A stretch of 63,111 nt of DNA, the filler included, from Anaerolineae bacterium (lineage in GTDB: Bacteria; Chloroflexota; Anaerolineae; Epilineales; Epilineaceae), in NCBI GenBank assembly GCA_029262755.1. It is 7 parts of 7 records of this genome, joined end to end, with 100 filler letters (N's around TTAATTAATTAA, not from the genome) between each part and the next. Parts side by side here need not be neighbours in the genome. Positions count along the whole stretch, not along the records: positions 1 to 13,615 come from JAJCYU010000055.1; positions 13,716 to 27,257 come from JAJCYU010000056.1; 5 more parts are not named here. One strand, written 5' to 3'. A program made the position numbers and the translations under genes. Under the pieces are notes generated by a model, which worked only from the letters and a program-made list of their open reading frames with translations, had not been told where the DNA came from and did no database searches. Positions 9,409-18,932 of the stretch are shown piece after piece; within the stretch, counting starts at the first letter, position 1, and each line of letters begins with the position of its first letter.

Positions 9409-11094
9409 ATGTTCCTGCGCCACCCCACCGCAGCATCCTTCGCGCTCGCGCTGCCCGTTGCGCTCGCACTGTCCGTTGCGATCGCCGCGTTCGGCGCGCT
9501 CGCGTTCTTCGGCGGAGGGCTGCCGGGAATCGACCGGTCGCGTACGGCACGCGCGCAGCCTGAGCCGCCGACCTTCTTCGTCAACACGACGGTGGACGAG
9601 GAGATCACGCCGGAGCACTGCACGACCTCCGACGAGGGCGTCGTTTCGCCGTGCCCGTTGCGCGCCGCGTTGGAACGCGCGAGCCGTAGCGACGGCGTCG
9701 TACGCGCCCGGTGGTGCGAGCAGGCGGAGGAAGACGAGCCTTGCTTGGGCGAGGATGATCCGAACCATGACGCCGCCCTCGGCAAGTGGCGCTTTCCGGT
9801 GGGGCTGGAGTTCTCGCATGTGGTCACCAGCAGCCAACGCGGGGGCACGGTGGTCGACTTCGCGGCGGACATTCCGGGCTGGAGCGGACCGGCCGACAAC
9901 AGGGTCGTGCTCGATGCGGGGTTGGTCGAGCAGCAAGAGTGGGTGCTCGCGGTCGAGGCGCTGAACTTCACGCTACGTGGCTTCGACCTCACCGGCGCCG
10001 TGCAGGTGGCGGCGCTGACGCTACGCCTGGACAGCGCGAACGGCCTCATCGAGGGCCTGGCGGTCTACGATGTCCTGGGGGGCTCCGGCTATCACTTCCG
10101 TGACGACGAGACCTCGGACAACCGGCTCATCGGCAGTTGGTGCGGCGTGCGAAGCGACGGAGCGGGCGGTATGGTCGCGGCGCCGGTCGAGGGCAGCTGC
10201 GTCGATCTCACGATCGGGGCGAGCGGCAACACGATCGGCGGTACGGCGCCCGGCGAGGGCAACCGGCTGTGCAATGCGTCGGACGGGGTGCGCGTCACGA
10301 GCGGCGAAGGGCGCGGCAACCTCATCACGGGCAACCAGATCGGTGACGTGCCCGAAGCGAATTGCGCCAACTTCATCGGCGTCTGGGTCGAGGATGAATC
10401 GCCGGAGACGCGCATCATCGACAACGACATCGTGGGCAACGCCCGTCACGGCGTCCTCATCGACGACTTTACGTTTCTGACCCATATCGAGGGCAACCGC
10501 ATCGGCAGCGCCGAGGCGCCGAACGGCGGCTTCGGCGTGCGGATCAACAACCTCGTCAAGCGCACCGCGATCGTATCGAACACGATCTCGCACAACGAGG
10601 AAGGGGGCGTGCGCATCAGCGGCGGGCAGTCGTTGCAGAACGTCCTGCGCGGCAACAGCATCTTCGCCCACGGCGGCAACGACAAGGCGATCATCATCGA
10701 TCGCGGGAGCAACGGCGACATTTCACCCCCGACGTTCTCCACGGGCGATGGAAGAATCATCACCGGTCGCGCCTGCTCGCTGTGCTTCATCGAGTTCTTC
10801 AGCGATCCCAACGGCGAAGCGCTCGTCTTCGAAGGCGGAATGCAGGTCAGCAACACGGGCATCTTCCGCTTTGAGAAGCCCAACGGCTTCACGCACGGCT
10901 TGGTGACGGCCACCAGCATCGACCCCGAAGCGGGCTCGTCCATGCTCTCGCTGCCCTTCCGCTACCGCGACGACCCGACGCCGACGCCGCTCGGCCCACC
11001 GCCGACCCATACCCCGCGGCCACCGGCCACGGCGACCCCCGAGGGCTTCGCGGTGGGCGCATTTCTGCCGTGGTTGGGCAACAGCGGTCGCTGA
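9409..11094 (+). CDS. Secreted right-handed parallel beta-helix protein with CSLREA-like N-terminal motif
   Basis: Signal segment; FVNTTVD...CPLRAALERA; GN.I.GN.IG repeats; PT linker; ends AFLPWLGNSGR. Confidence 0.78.
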   Translation: MFLRHPTAASFALALPVALALSVAIAAFGALAFFGGGLPGIDRSRTARAQPEPPTFFVNTTVDEEITPEHCTTSDEGVVSPCPLRAALERASRSDGVVRARWCEQAEEDEPCLGEDDPNHDAALGKWRFPVGLEFSHVVTSSQRGGTVVDFAADIPGWSGPADNRVVLDAGLVEQQEWVLAVEALNFTLRGFDLTGAVQVAALTLRLDSANGLIEGLAVYDVLGGSGYHFRDDETSDNRLIGSWCGVRSDGAGGMVAAPVEGSCVDLTIGASGNTIGGTAPGEGNRLCNASDGVRVTSGEGRGNLITGNQIGDVPEANCANFIGVWVEDESPETRIIDNDIVGNARHGVLIDDFTFLTHIEGNRIGSAEAPNGGFGVRINNLVKRTAIVSNTISHNEEGGVRISGGQSLQNVLRGNSIFAHGGNDKAIIIDRGSNGDISPPTFSTGDGRIITGRACSLCFIEFFSDPNGEALVFEGGMQVSNTGIFRFEKPNGFTHGLVTATSIDPEAGSSMLSLPFRYRDDPTPTPLGPPPTHTPRPPATATPEGFAVGAFLPWLGNSGR

Positions 11095-11325
11095 GACCCG
11101 GTTGGACAATCAAGAACCGGGAACATGGGCCGTCGCAAGATTGCGACGTTCCGTACGCGTTGGTGCGGCGCTTGATACAGCAACGCGACGCGCCTGCGAC
11201 CCGCTTCCGTCAGCCTGAAGGATGCAGTGACCCCCACGACCGAGCGCTCGCCCACCGCATCCAGGGGCCGACGTTCGGTCATGGTCCTATTCGCGGCCGG
11301 TATGTTTGGAGGGATCAAGATCTCC

Positions 11326-11775
11326 GTGTCTTCGCAAACTCTGCCTTCCGATCTTCTTCCGATGCGCACGGACCTGCCCACCGTGGCCGCCATCATGACC
11401 CGCGACGTGGTATCGACCGACCCCGACATCGGGCTCGATCTCACGTTGGCGGCCATGATCGAGCACGAGCTGACCTGTCTGCCGGTGATCAACCGCGCAG
11501 GGCGGCTCGTGGGCATGGTCTCGCGCACCCAGGCGCGTGCCGCTCTCTCCGCAGCCGATGGTGATTCGCAACGGGTTCGCGATGTCATGACCGGCTACGT
11601 CTACAAGATCGGCTCACCGGACACGCTCCTGCGAGCCGCTCGAATCATGCTCGAACAGCAGATCAGCACCCTGCCCGTCGTCGACGATGGGCAGGTTGTC
11701 GGCATCATCACCACCACCGACATCTTGCGCGAACTTATCGCGCGTTTAGGCGCCGACGCTGTCGAGGCCCGTTGA
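11326..11775 (+). CDS. CBS domain pair protein
   Basis: [43 protein letters not shown]. Start uncertain (11227, 11326 or 11362). Confidence 0.85.
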   Translation: MSSQTLPSDLLPMRTDLPTVAAIMTRDVVSTDPDIGLDLTLAAMIEHELTCLPVINRAGRLVGMVSRTQARAALSAADGDSQRVRDVMTGYVYKIGSPDTLLRAARIMLEQQISTLPVVDDGQVVGIITTTDILRELIARLGADAVEAR

Positions 11776-11813
11776 CCGGGTCCTCGCGTCGTAGGCGCAT
11801 TGGAGGCTTTCAC

Positions 11814-13615
11814 ATGAATTTGCGTTTCCCGATTGGCAGCTTGTCGATCCTGCACTCTCTTCGCGCTCGAGGCGGAGCATGGCTCTTGGCGCTCATGCTG
11901 TTGGCGCTCCCGCTTTTGGCCCTGCGCCTGGTCGCGTTGCCCGGCGACGACGCCGCTCGCGTGGCAACCGCCGCCGGCGCGGCCGGCGAGCTGCGCGCCG
12001 CAGCGCCGCTCACGACGACCACCCCGACCGCGACGATCACCGCGACCGCCACGGCCACGGCCACGATGACCGTGACCCCGACCGTCATGCCGACCTCGAC
12101 GGTATCGCCGACCGCCACGGTATCGCCCACCGCGACCGCGACCATGACGGTCACGCCGACGTCCACCGTCATGCCGACGTCCACGGTTACGCCGACGGCA
12201 ACGTCCACGGTGACCGCGACGCCCGAGATTACGATCACACCCACGGCGACGATCACGCCGACCGCGACTGCCACGATCACGGCAACGCCGGAGATCACGA
12301 TCACGCCCACAGCCACCATCACCCCGACCGCGACCATGACGGTCACGGCGACGCCCGTGATCACCACGACACCGACGCCCACCATGACCCCGACGCCGAT
12401 GGCGCTCGGCCTGCCCTTCGGCTCGGCCGGCTACGATCTCGACGAGGCCAATGTAGGCACCGGCATCCAGGTGCAAAACCTGGACGCAGTAGAGCAGGCG
12501 CCCTACGAGGCCGACATTCTCAACCCGGACGGCTCGTTGGCGCTGAAGTTGGAGCGCGTCGCCGAACCCGGCGGTGCACCGAACATCTACCTGCCGACGC
12601 ACCGATTCTCCGATTCGCTCCCGCCGGCCATCTACGGCGTGCTCGTTCGCTCGGCGCGTGCGATCGGCGCGATCGTCCGTACGGACTGGTTCGACACCGG
12701 CGCGGCGGCCATCTACTCCAATCCGGAGGCGGGCGACGACCTGATCGTGCCCTACGCCGTGCGGCGTGAGCAGGGGCTCAGCTCGATCGTGTCCCTCATG
12801 AACGTCGGCGAGACCGCGAACAACAGCGTTGAGCTCACGGCTTGGACGGGTGGCATTTCGCCGACGCTGGTCGGCGTGAGCGGCCCCTACGCCTTCGCGC
12901 CGGGTGCGTCCACCCGCGTTCGCTTGGAGACGGAATCCGAGTTCCTAGGCCTCGATCCCTTCGATGGCTGGATCCGCATTCGCGGCACCGATGCATCGAT
13001 CGTGGGTCAGAGCTATGTCCTCGGCCGGGAGCGCCCGGGCTTCATCCAGCCGGCGCACGGCTTCGAGGCCATCCCGGCCTCGTCGGCTTCGGATCGGCTC
13101 CTCGTTCCGCTGTTCCGCTCCGGGCAGCGTGGTGTCGGCCCGAGCGACCGCATCGACACGCGGGTCGTCGTTGTGAACCCCGGCACCGAGCCGGCGTGGG
13201 TGACCCTGCGCTATTTCGGCTCGCAAAATCCGGCCGCATCGGCTGCGTGCCAGGCCGGCACATTCACCCACCAGGCGGTGACGGTCACCGCGGGGGCCCG
13301 CCACATCTTCAGCCAGCGACAGGGTGGCGATCACGACCTGCCGGCTGACTGCTTCGGCACGGCGGTGCTCGAAACGGCGGACGAGACGCAGCGCATCGTC
13401 GCGGTTGTTCTCGACGAGACCAACGGTCGATCGCTGTTGTCGGCCAACGCGGCGGCGCCGGCTTCGGCCGCGGCGTTGCGGGTCGCGCTACCGCTGTTCC
13501 GGCGCAACCACGTGCGTCTCACGACCGGCATTCAGGTCATGAACGCCAGCCCGGAGACGGCCACGGTGCGGATCGACTTCTCGGCCAGCGAAGAAGGCTC
13601 GGATAGCTCGACCCC
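11814..13615 (+). CDS. Secreted S-layer-like repeat protein with Thr-rich stalk (3' partial)
   Basis: GGAGG RBS, signal peptide, ~130-aa T(V/I)TPTA tract, then ~110-130-aa repeats carrying TGIQVQN / SIVSLMN / TRVVVVN / TGIQVMN. Runs into the linker. The S-layer label is inference. Confidence 0.7.
12010..12400 (+). repeat. Coding ~18-bp degenerate tandem repeat (T-V/I-T-P-T-A)
   Basis: Visible hexapeptide periodicity in the translation. Confidence 0.85.
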
Positions 13616-13715
13616 NNNNNNNNNNNNNNNNNNNNNNNNNNNNNNNNNNNNNNNNNNNNTTAATTAATTAANNNNNNNNNNNNNNNNNNNNNNNNNNNNN
13701 NNNNNNNNNNNNNNN
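13616..13715. other. Artificial contig linker
   Basis: N44-TTAATTAATTAA-N44, stops in all six frames. Confidence 0.98.
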
Positions 13716-13716
13716 C

Positions 13717-13983
13717 CAAGTGCTGAGCGCTCGCTTGTACCAGCTGGAACGAGAGCGCCAGATGCAGGAAGTGGGTGACGCGCGGCGCAGCATGGTCGGA
13801 ACAGGAGAACGATCGGAGAAAATCCGAACCTACAACTTCCCGCAGAGCCGCGTGACGGATCATCGCATCAAGTTCACCTCGCACCGGCTCCACGAGATTC
13901 TGGCGGGTGAGCTCGAAGAATTCATCGAAGCCCTCCAGGCGGAGGATCGGGCACGCCGCTTGGAGGCGGTGAGCGTGGATTGA
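13717..13983 (+). CDS. prfA: Peptide chain release factor 1, C-terminal fragment
   Basis: [20 protein letters not shown]; directly upstream of prmC. Confidence 0.95.
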   Translation, partial: QVLSARLYQLERERQMQEVGDARRSMVGTGERSEKIRTYNFPQSRVTDHRIKFTSHRLHEILAGELEEFIEALQAEDRARRLEAVSVD

Positions 13984-14975
13984 CCGTGGCGCCTCCCGTC
14001 ACGGTCGATGGCTTGCTCCGCTCGGCAGAGCAATGGCTCGGCGCCGAAGGTGCGCGGTACGCGACCGACAGCCCGCGTCTGGATGCCGAATTCCTACTCG
14101 CAGACGTGCTCTGCGTGTCGCGCGCCGAGTTGCTTGCCTGCCTGCGCGAGCCTGTGTCCAGCGATGCGCAACGCTCGTTCGCGGTCGTATTGCGCCGCCG
14201 CGCCGATGGCGAGTCCGTAGCCTATATCGTCGGCACCGTACCCTTCCTCGACGTCACCCTTTCGGTTGGGCCCGGCGTCCTCGTGCCGCGACCGGAGACG
14301 GAGGCCCTTGCGCAGTGGGCCATCGCGCGTTGCCGTCTACGCGGCGAAGCACGTCCGCTTCGCGTGCTGGATGTCGGGACAGGCAGCGGTGCGTTGGCGG
14401 TCGCCATCGCGCATTCGGTTCCGTACGCGTCGGTCGTCGCGACGGATATTGCGGAGGCCGCGATACAGCGGGCTCGGAGCAACGCGCGATCATGTGATGT
14501 CGCAGCGCGGGTACAGGTGGTGCACGCGGATCTCGTGCCGTCCACAGCCGAACCCTTCGACATCGTGGTTGCGAACCTGCCCTACGTTGGGCTTGCGGAG
14601 GCGAGCCAGGTCGATCCCGGGGTGATGCGTCACGAGCCCCTCGACGCCTTGTTTGCCGATGAAGACGGCCTGGCGCAGATCCGTAGACTGCTAAGCCGGC
14701 TACCGCAACACATGGCGGCGGGCGCGGATGTCGGACTCGAGATCGGGTGGCATCAAGGACTCGCGGTCCTGGCCATGACGCGGTCGGTTTTTGGTACCAA
14801 CGCCGTGAGGCTGGAGCGCGATCTTGCAGGCCATGACCGGCTCGTGCTTGCAGAGAACGTGGGGGGCGCCGGTACTTCGGACGGCGCGACGGTGACGTCT
14901 CGAAGGCCTCTCTCATGGACTCCCTCACCGGCCGGGTGCGGGCCGCAACGCCCAGATGCGGTCCGAGACCGGTGA
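13980..14975 (+). CDS. prmC: Release factor glutamine methyltransferase
   Basis: [41 protein letters not shown]; follows prfA. Confidence 0.92.
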   Translation: MTVAPPVTVDGLLRSAEQWLGAEGARYATDSPRLDAEFLLADVLCVSRAELLACLREPVSSDAQRSFAVVLRRRADGESVAYIVGTVPFLDVTLSVGPGVLVPRPETEALAQWAIARCRLRGEARPLRVLDVGTGSGALAVAIAHSVPYASVVATDIAEAAIQRARSNARSCDVAARVQVVHADLVPSTAEPFDIVVANLPYVGLAEASQVDPGVMRHEPLDALFADEDGLAQIRRLLSRLPQHMAAGADVGLEIGWHQGLAVLAMTRSVFGTNAVRLERDLAGHDRLVLAENVGGAGTSDGATVTSRRPLSWTPSPAGCGPQRPDAVRDR

Positions 14976-16120
14976 TCAAGCGCGCAACGCAGCCCCTGAA
15001 GGTCGCCGTGGACGCCAGCCGCGGCTTCGACGGCGCGCAGACCGGGACGGAGCGCTACGCCGCATCGCTGATCCACGCGCTGGCGGAACGCAGCGACTTG
15101 GACCTGCGGCTCTATCTGCGCCGTCCCGCCACGCGCCCTCTTCCGCCCGGCCTCCCGTTTCGGGTTCTGCGGGCCCCTCGGCTGTGGACCCACACGCGCT
15201 TCGCCGCAGCGTTGGCGCTCGACGATTCCGACGTTGCCTTCGTCCCCGCTCACGTCTCGCCACGCTTCACGCGTGGCCCCGTCGTTGTGACGATCCACGA
15301 TCTAGGGCATCGCCACTGGCCGGCAGCCCACACTGCATCGCAGCGCCGCTACCTGGAGTGGGGAGCGCGCCATCATGCCGCGCGAGCCACGCGGATTGTG
15401 GTGGACTCCCACGCAACCGCCGAAGATCTCAGGCTCCTATACGACGTCGATCCAGCGCGCATCGTACACGCGCCTCTGGGCGTCGGTCCCGACCTCCGCC
15501 CACCCAGCGCGGCGGAGAAGGAGAGTGCCCGCGCACGCATCGGCCTCGACGCCGATGCGCCATTCTTGCTCCACGTCGGCACCCTGCAGCCGCGCAAGAA
15601 CCTACTGCGTCTCATCGAATCGTTCGCGCGCATGCAGGAGTCATCGCCGCGCCTGCATCTCGTGCTGGCGGGCGGCAGCGGTTGGGGTTCGGAAGATCTG
15701 CCGGCCCATGCGCGCTCGCTTGGGGTGGCGGATCGGCTGCTGCTTCCCGGCTACGTGGAGGAAAGAAATCTTCCCGGATTGTACGGAGCCGCGGCGGCGG
15801 TCGTCGTGCCGAGCCTGCATGAGGGTTTCGGCTTGCCGGCCCTGGAGGCCATGGCTTGCGGAGCACCCGTCGCATGCAGCAATCGCTCCAGCCTCCCGGA
15901 AGTTGTGAAGGGCGCCGGCCTTCTCTTCGACCCGCTTGACATAAGTGAAATGTCATCGCAGATTATGCGCATTCTCGAAGAGTGCGAGCTTCGCTCCCAA
16001 CTCATCGCAGCTGGGTTGGTTCGGGCACGGTCGTTCACCTGGGCCCGGACGGCGGAAGCGGTCGCGACCGCTCTGCATGATGCCGCCGAAACGGCAAAGA
16101 GGGGGAGGGCTCGGGTATGA
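14972..16120 (+). CDS. Glycosyltransferase family 4 (GT-B)
   Basis: VVTIHDL, VGTLQPRKN, PSLHEGFGLPALEAMACG. GTG start overlaps the prmC stop. Confidence 0.9.
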   Translation: MIKRATQPLKVAVDASRGFDGAQTGTERYAASLIHALAERSDLDLRLYLRRPATRPLPPGLPFRVLRAPRLWTHTRFAAALALDDSDVAFVPAHVSPRFTRGPVVVTIHDLGHRHWPAAHTASQRRYLEWGARHHAARATRIVVDSHATAEDLRLLYDVDPARIVHAPLGVGPDLRPPSAAEKESARARIGLDADAPFLLHVGTLQPRKNLLRLIESFARMQESSPRLHLVLAGGSGWGSEDLPAHARSLGVADRLLLPGYVEERNLPGLYGAAAAVVVPSLHEGFGLPALEAMACGAPVACSNRSSLPEVVKGAGLLFDPLDISEMSSQIMRILEECELRSQLIAAGLVRARSFTWARTAEAVATALHDAAETAKRGRARV

Positions 16121-17352
16121 TCAGCCGCCCCAAGCCCCCGCGCACAGTACGGACCGTGCCCTCGGGCTCGCCGGATATCCAAGCGCTTGCGGCCGCCGGG
16201 CTTGGCCCCGTACTGCGCCCCGATGCGCGCGTATTGGTGGTAAAGCTTGCAGACATCGGCGACGCCCTGCTTGCTACCCCGGCCCTTCGGCTCCTGCGTG
16301 CCGCAGTGCCTCAGGGAACGGTGGATGTGCTCACCACACCGGCGGCACGGGCCGCGTTTGCTCACAGCGGTCTAGTCGACACGATCCATGTCTTCGACAA
16401 GCAGCCGTGGGACGAGGCGCTCTCCGCGCTGCGACGACCGTTCGCACCGTTGGCGCTCGGAGCACGTCTACGCAGGGAGGAGTACGACGCCGTAATCGTC
16501 TTGCACATGTTGGTGACGGCGTTCGGCGCTTGGAAACACGCTGGCTTGGCACTGGCCACCGGCGCGCCGGTGCGCGCCGGCCTGCAACGCCGCGGGCTCG
16601 CGGGCTGGCGGTCGGCGTTCCTGACACACGGCACACCGGACCGAGGCTATGACGACGCCCATGTTGCGCAGCAAATGAGGGACGTGGTAACCACGCTGGT
16701 CGGCCCCCGGTTGGGCGAAACGACGTCCCATGCATTGGCCTTCATTCCTGGCGAGCGCGCCGAAGAAGCGGCCGCGAAGATCATTGCCGCCCCTGCGCCC
16801 GATGGCCGGTTGTTGGACGACCGAGGGCTGGTTGCGATGCATCCGGGCACGGGCGCATTTGGACCGTCTCGCAGGTGGGCGCCCGAGCGCTTTGCGATTG
16901 TCGCGGACGAATTGACCCGGATGGGCATGCAGGTTGCGTTGGTGGGCCTACCGGCAGATGGCACCGCACACGTGCAACGCGCCGCGAAGGCGCCGCTGTT
17001 CAACTGGAGCGGCAAGACGGATCTTCCGACGTTGGCCGCCGTCCTACGCCGCTGCCGTCTAGTCATCGCGAACGATGGTGGTGTCGGTCATTTGGCGGCC
17101 GCGATGGGCACACCGGTCGTGAGCATCTTCGGGCCGAGTTCCGAATCCGCGTGGCGACCGTGGTGGCCGCCGGATGCCCCCCTGCCGTCGCCTCACCGGG
17201 TGGTGGCGCTGGACCTGCCGTGTCGGCCATGCTTCTATGTCGGCCACACCCTTGGTAGCCGCACGGGATGCCCTACCCGAGATTGCCTGGCTTGGCTGGG
17301 CACGAAGGGCGTCGTCGATGCCGCCCGTTCGATCTTGGAGCCTACAGCGTGA
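16117..17352 (+). CDS. Glycosyltransferase family 9 (heptosyltransferase-like)
   Basis: DIGDALLATPAL, HPG...RRW, GKTDL, NDGGVGHLAAAMGTPVVSIFGP. Confidence 0.9.
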   Translation: MISRPKPPRTVRTVPSGSPDIQALAAAGLGPVLRPDARVLVVKLADIGDALLATPALRLLRAAVPQGTVDVLTTPAARAAFAHSGLVDTIHVFDKQPWDEALSALRRPFAPLALGARLRREEYDAVIVLHMLVTAFGAWKHAGLALATGAPVRAGLQRRGLAGWRSAFLTHGTPDRGYDDAHVAQQMRDVVTTLVGPRLGETTSHALAFIPGERAEEAAAKIIAAPAPDGRLLDDRGLVAMHPGTGAFGPSRRWAPERFAIVADELTRMGMQVALVGLPADGTAHVQRAAKAPLFNWSGKTDLPTLAAVLRRCRLVIANDGGVGHLAAAMGTPVVSIFGPSSESAWRPWWPPDAPLPSPHRVVALDLPCRPCFYVGHTLGSRTGCPTRDCLAWLGTKGVVDAARSILEPTA

Positions 17353-18404
17353 TCTCATCCTCGCCGGAGAGCCCGGGCGCTGCGCCGGTCGACCCGTGGC
17401 AGGAACAACGCGCAGTTTCCGCGTTGCTCGACCGGTTCGTGGGGCGGCAGGTCGTGGTCGTGGGCGATGTCTTCCTGGACGAGTACCTCGTCGGTCAAGC
17501 GGAGCGGCTGAGCCGCGAGGGACCGGTTCCTGTGTTGGCGTTTCAGCGCCGCTTTTGCTTGCCGGGAGGCGCGGCGAACCCCGCCCATAACGTAGCTGTC
17601 CTGGGCGGCCTCCCCGTGCTCGTCGGCCTGATGGGGGACGACGACGCGGGTGAGGAGCTGCGGATGGCGCTCGAGGCACGTGGGATTCGCGCGCTTGGTT
17701 GCGTGACGGACCCGACGCGGCCCACGACGCGCAAAACCCGCATTGTCGCGGAGGGTCTCTCTGCGCCGCAACAGGTCGCGCGCATCGACAATCAGTGTCG
17801 CGACGCAGTGTCCGGTTCGGCCGAGGAGGGCCTGCTCGCGGCCATCGCCCGGCTCGGCGATAAGGCGGATGCCGTCCTCGTATCGCACTATCGCTCCGGC
17901 GTCGCGACGCCCGCCGTCGTCGACGCAGCGCGCCGCGTGTCACGCTCAGCCGGCGCTGTGCTCACGGTGGATGCGCAGGGCGATCTCGACCGATTTCACG
18001 ACTTCGACCTCGTGCGCGTTGGACGGAGTGACGCGGCCGCGCATCTTGGGCGGCCGTTGGCGTCGGACGCCGACTACGAAGACGCAGCGCGTGATCTGCG
18101 TGCTCGACTTCGGGCGGGCGCCGTCATCCTCGGACGGGGCGCATCGGGCACAAGCCTGCTCGATGACGAGGGCTACGCGGTCCTGCCGCCGGCCAATATC
18201 AGCGAAGTCTACGATGTCACCGGGGCGGGCGACACGGTGATCGCTGTCGTCACGTTGGCGCTGTGCGCCGGAGCGCCGTTGCGGCAAGCGGTGCGCCTCG
18301 CCAACCGGGCGGCCGGCATCGTGGTGCGGCGCCTGGGCGTCGTCGCACCGGACGGCGCAGCGATCTTGGCGACCTTCACGGATGCACGGGACGATCAGCA
18401 ATGA
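17349..18404 (+). CDS. PfkB-family kinase, HldE/RfaE domain I-like (heptose-7-phosphate kinase)
   Basis: VVGDVFLDEY...RLSREGPVPV, GGAANPA, RPTTRKTRI, VYDVTGAGDTV. Confidence 0.85.
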   Translation: MISSSPESPGAAPVDPWQEQRAVSALLDRFVGRQVVVVGDVFLDEYLVGQAERLSREGPVPVLAFQRRFCLPGGAANPAHNVAVLGGLPVLVGLMGDDDAGEELRMALEARGIRALGCVTDPTRPTTRKTRIVAEGLSAPQQVARIDNQCRDAVSGSAEEGLLAAIARLGDKADAVLVSHYRSGVATPAVVDAARRVSRSAGAVLTVDAQGDLDRFHDFDLVRVGRSDAAAHLGRPLASDADYEDAARDLRARLRAGAVILGRGASGTSLLDDEGYAVLPPANISEVYDVTGAGDTVIAVVTLALCAGAPLRQAVRLANRAAGIVVRRLGVVAPDGAAILATFTDARDDQQ

Positions 18405-18916
18405 GCGCCCGGAAGCCGTCGCGCGCCACGCGCGTGCTCGCGTTGCCCAACGCCGTTCAGCGCTGCCGTCTCTGGCAAGAGCGCGGCCTGCGCGTGGTGT
18501 TGACCAACGGCTGCTTCGATCTGCTCCACGCTGGGCATGTGGAGTACTTGAGCGCGGCCCGCCGCTTGGGCGATCGCTTGGTCGTGGCCATCAATGACGA
18601 TGCGTCCGTGCGGCGCCTCAAGGGCGCGGACCGTCCCCTTGTGCCTTTCGATGACCGCGCGATGCTGCTGGCGGCGCTGCGCGATGTCGATCTCGTCTTC
18701 GGGTTCCCGCAGACGACGGCCGAACATGTCGTGGCCGCGCTGCAGCCGTCCATCTACGTGAAGGGTGGCGACTACAACGACGAGACCCACCGTCCGCCCG
18801 AGGCTGCGGTGGCGGAAGCGGCCGGTGGACGCACGGTCTATCTGCCCTTTATCGAGGGGCGTTCGACATCGGAGCTCTTGCGCCGTATCCGCGCGAATCA
18901 GCCCACCGCGGGCTAG
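18401..18916 (+). CDS. Heptose-1-phosphate adenylyltransferase, HldE/RfaE domain II-like
   Basis: TNGCFDLLHAGH, NDDASVRRLKG..RP, VKGGDY, GRSTS. Confidence 0.9.
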   Translation: MSARKPSRATRVLALPNAVQRCRLWQERGLRVVLTNGCFDLLHAGHVEYLSAARRLGDRLVVAINDDASVRRLKGADRPLVPFDDRAMLLAALRDVDLVFGFPQTTAEHVVAALQPSIYVKGGDYNDETHRPPEAAVAEAAGGRTVYLPFIEGRSTSELLRRIRANQPTAG

Positions 18917-18932
18917 CCTTGATGCAACGACC

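Noticed and set aside
11810..12385. Val/Gly-rich 'membrane protein' ORF on the minus strand
   Set aside because: It is the reverse complement of the Thr/Pro repeat tract.
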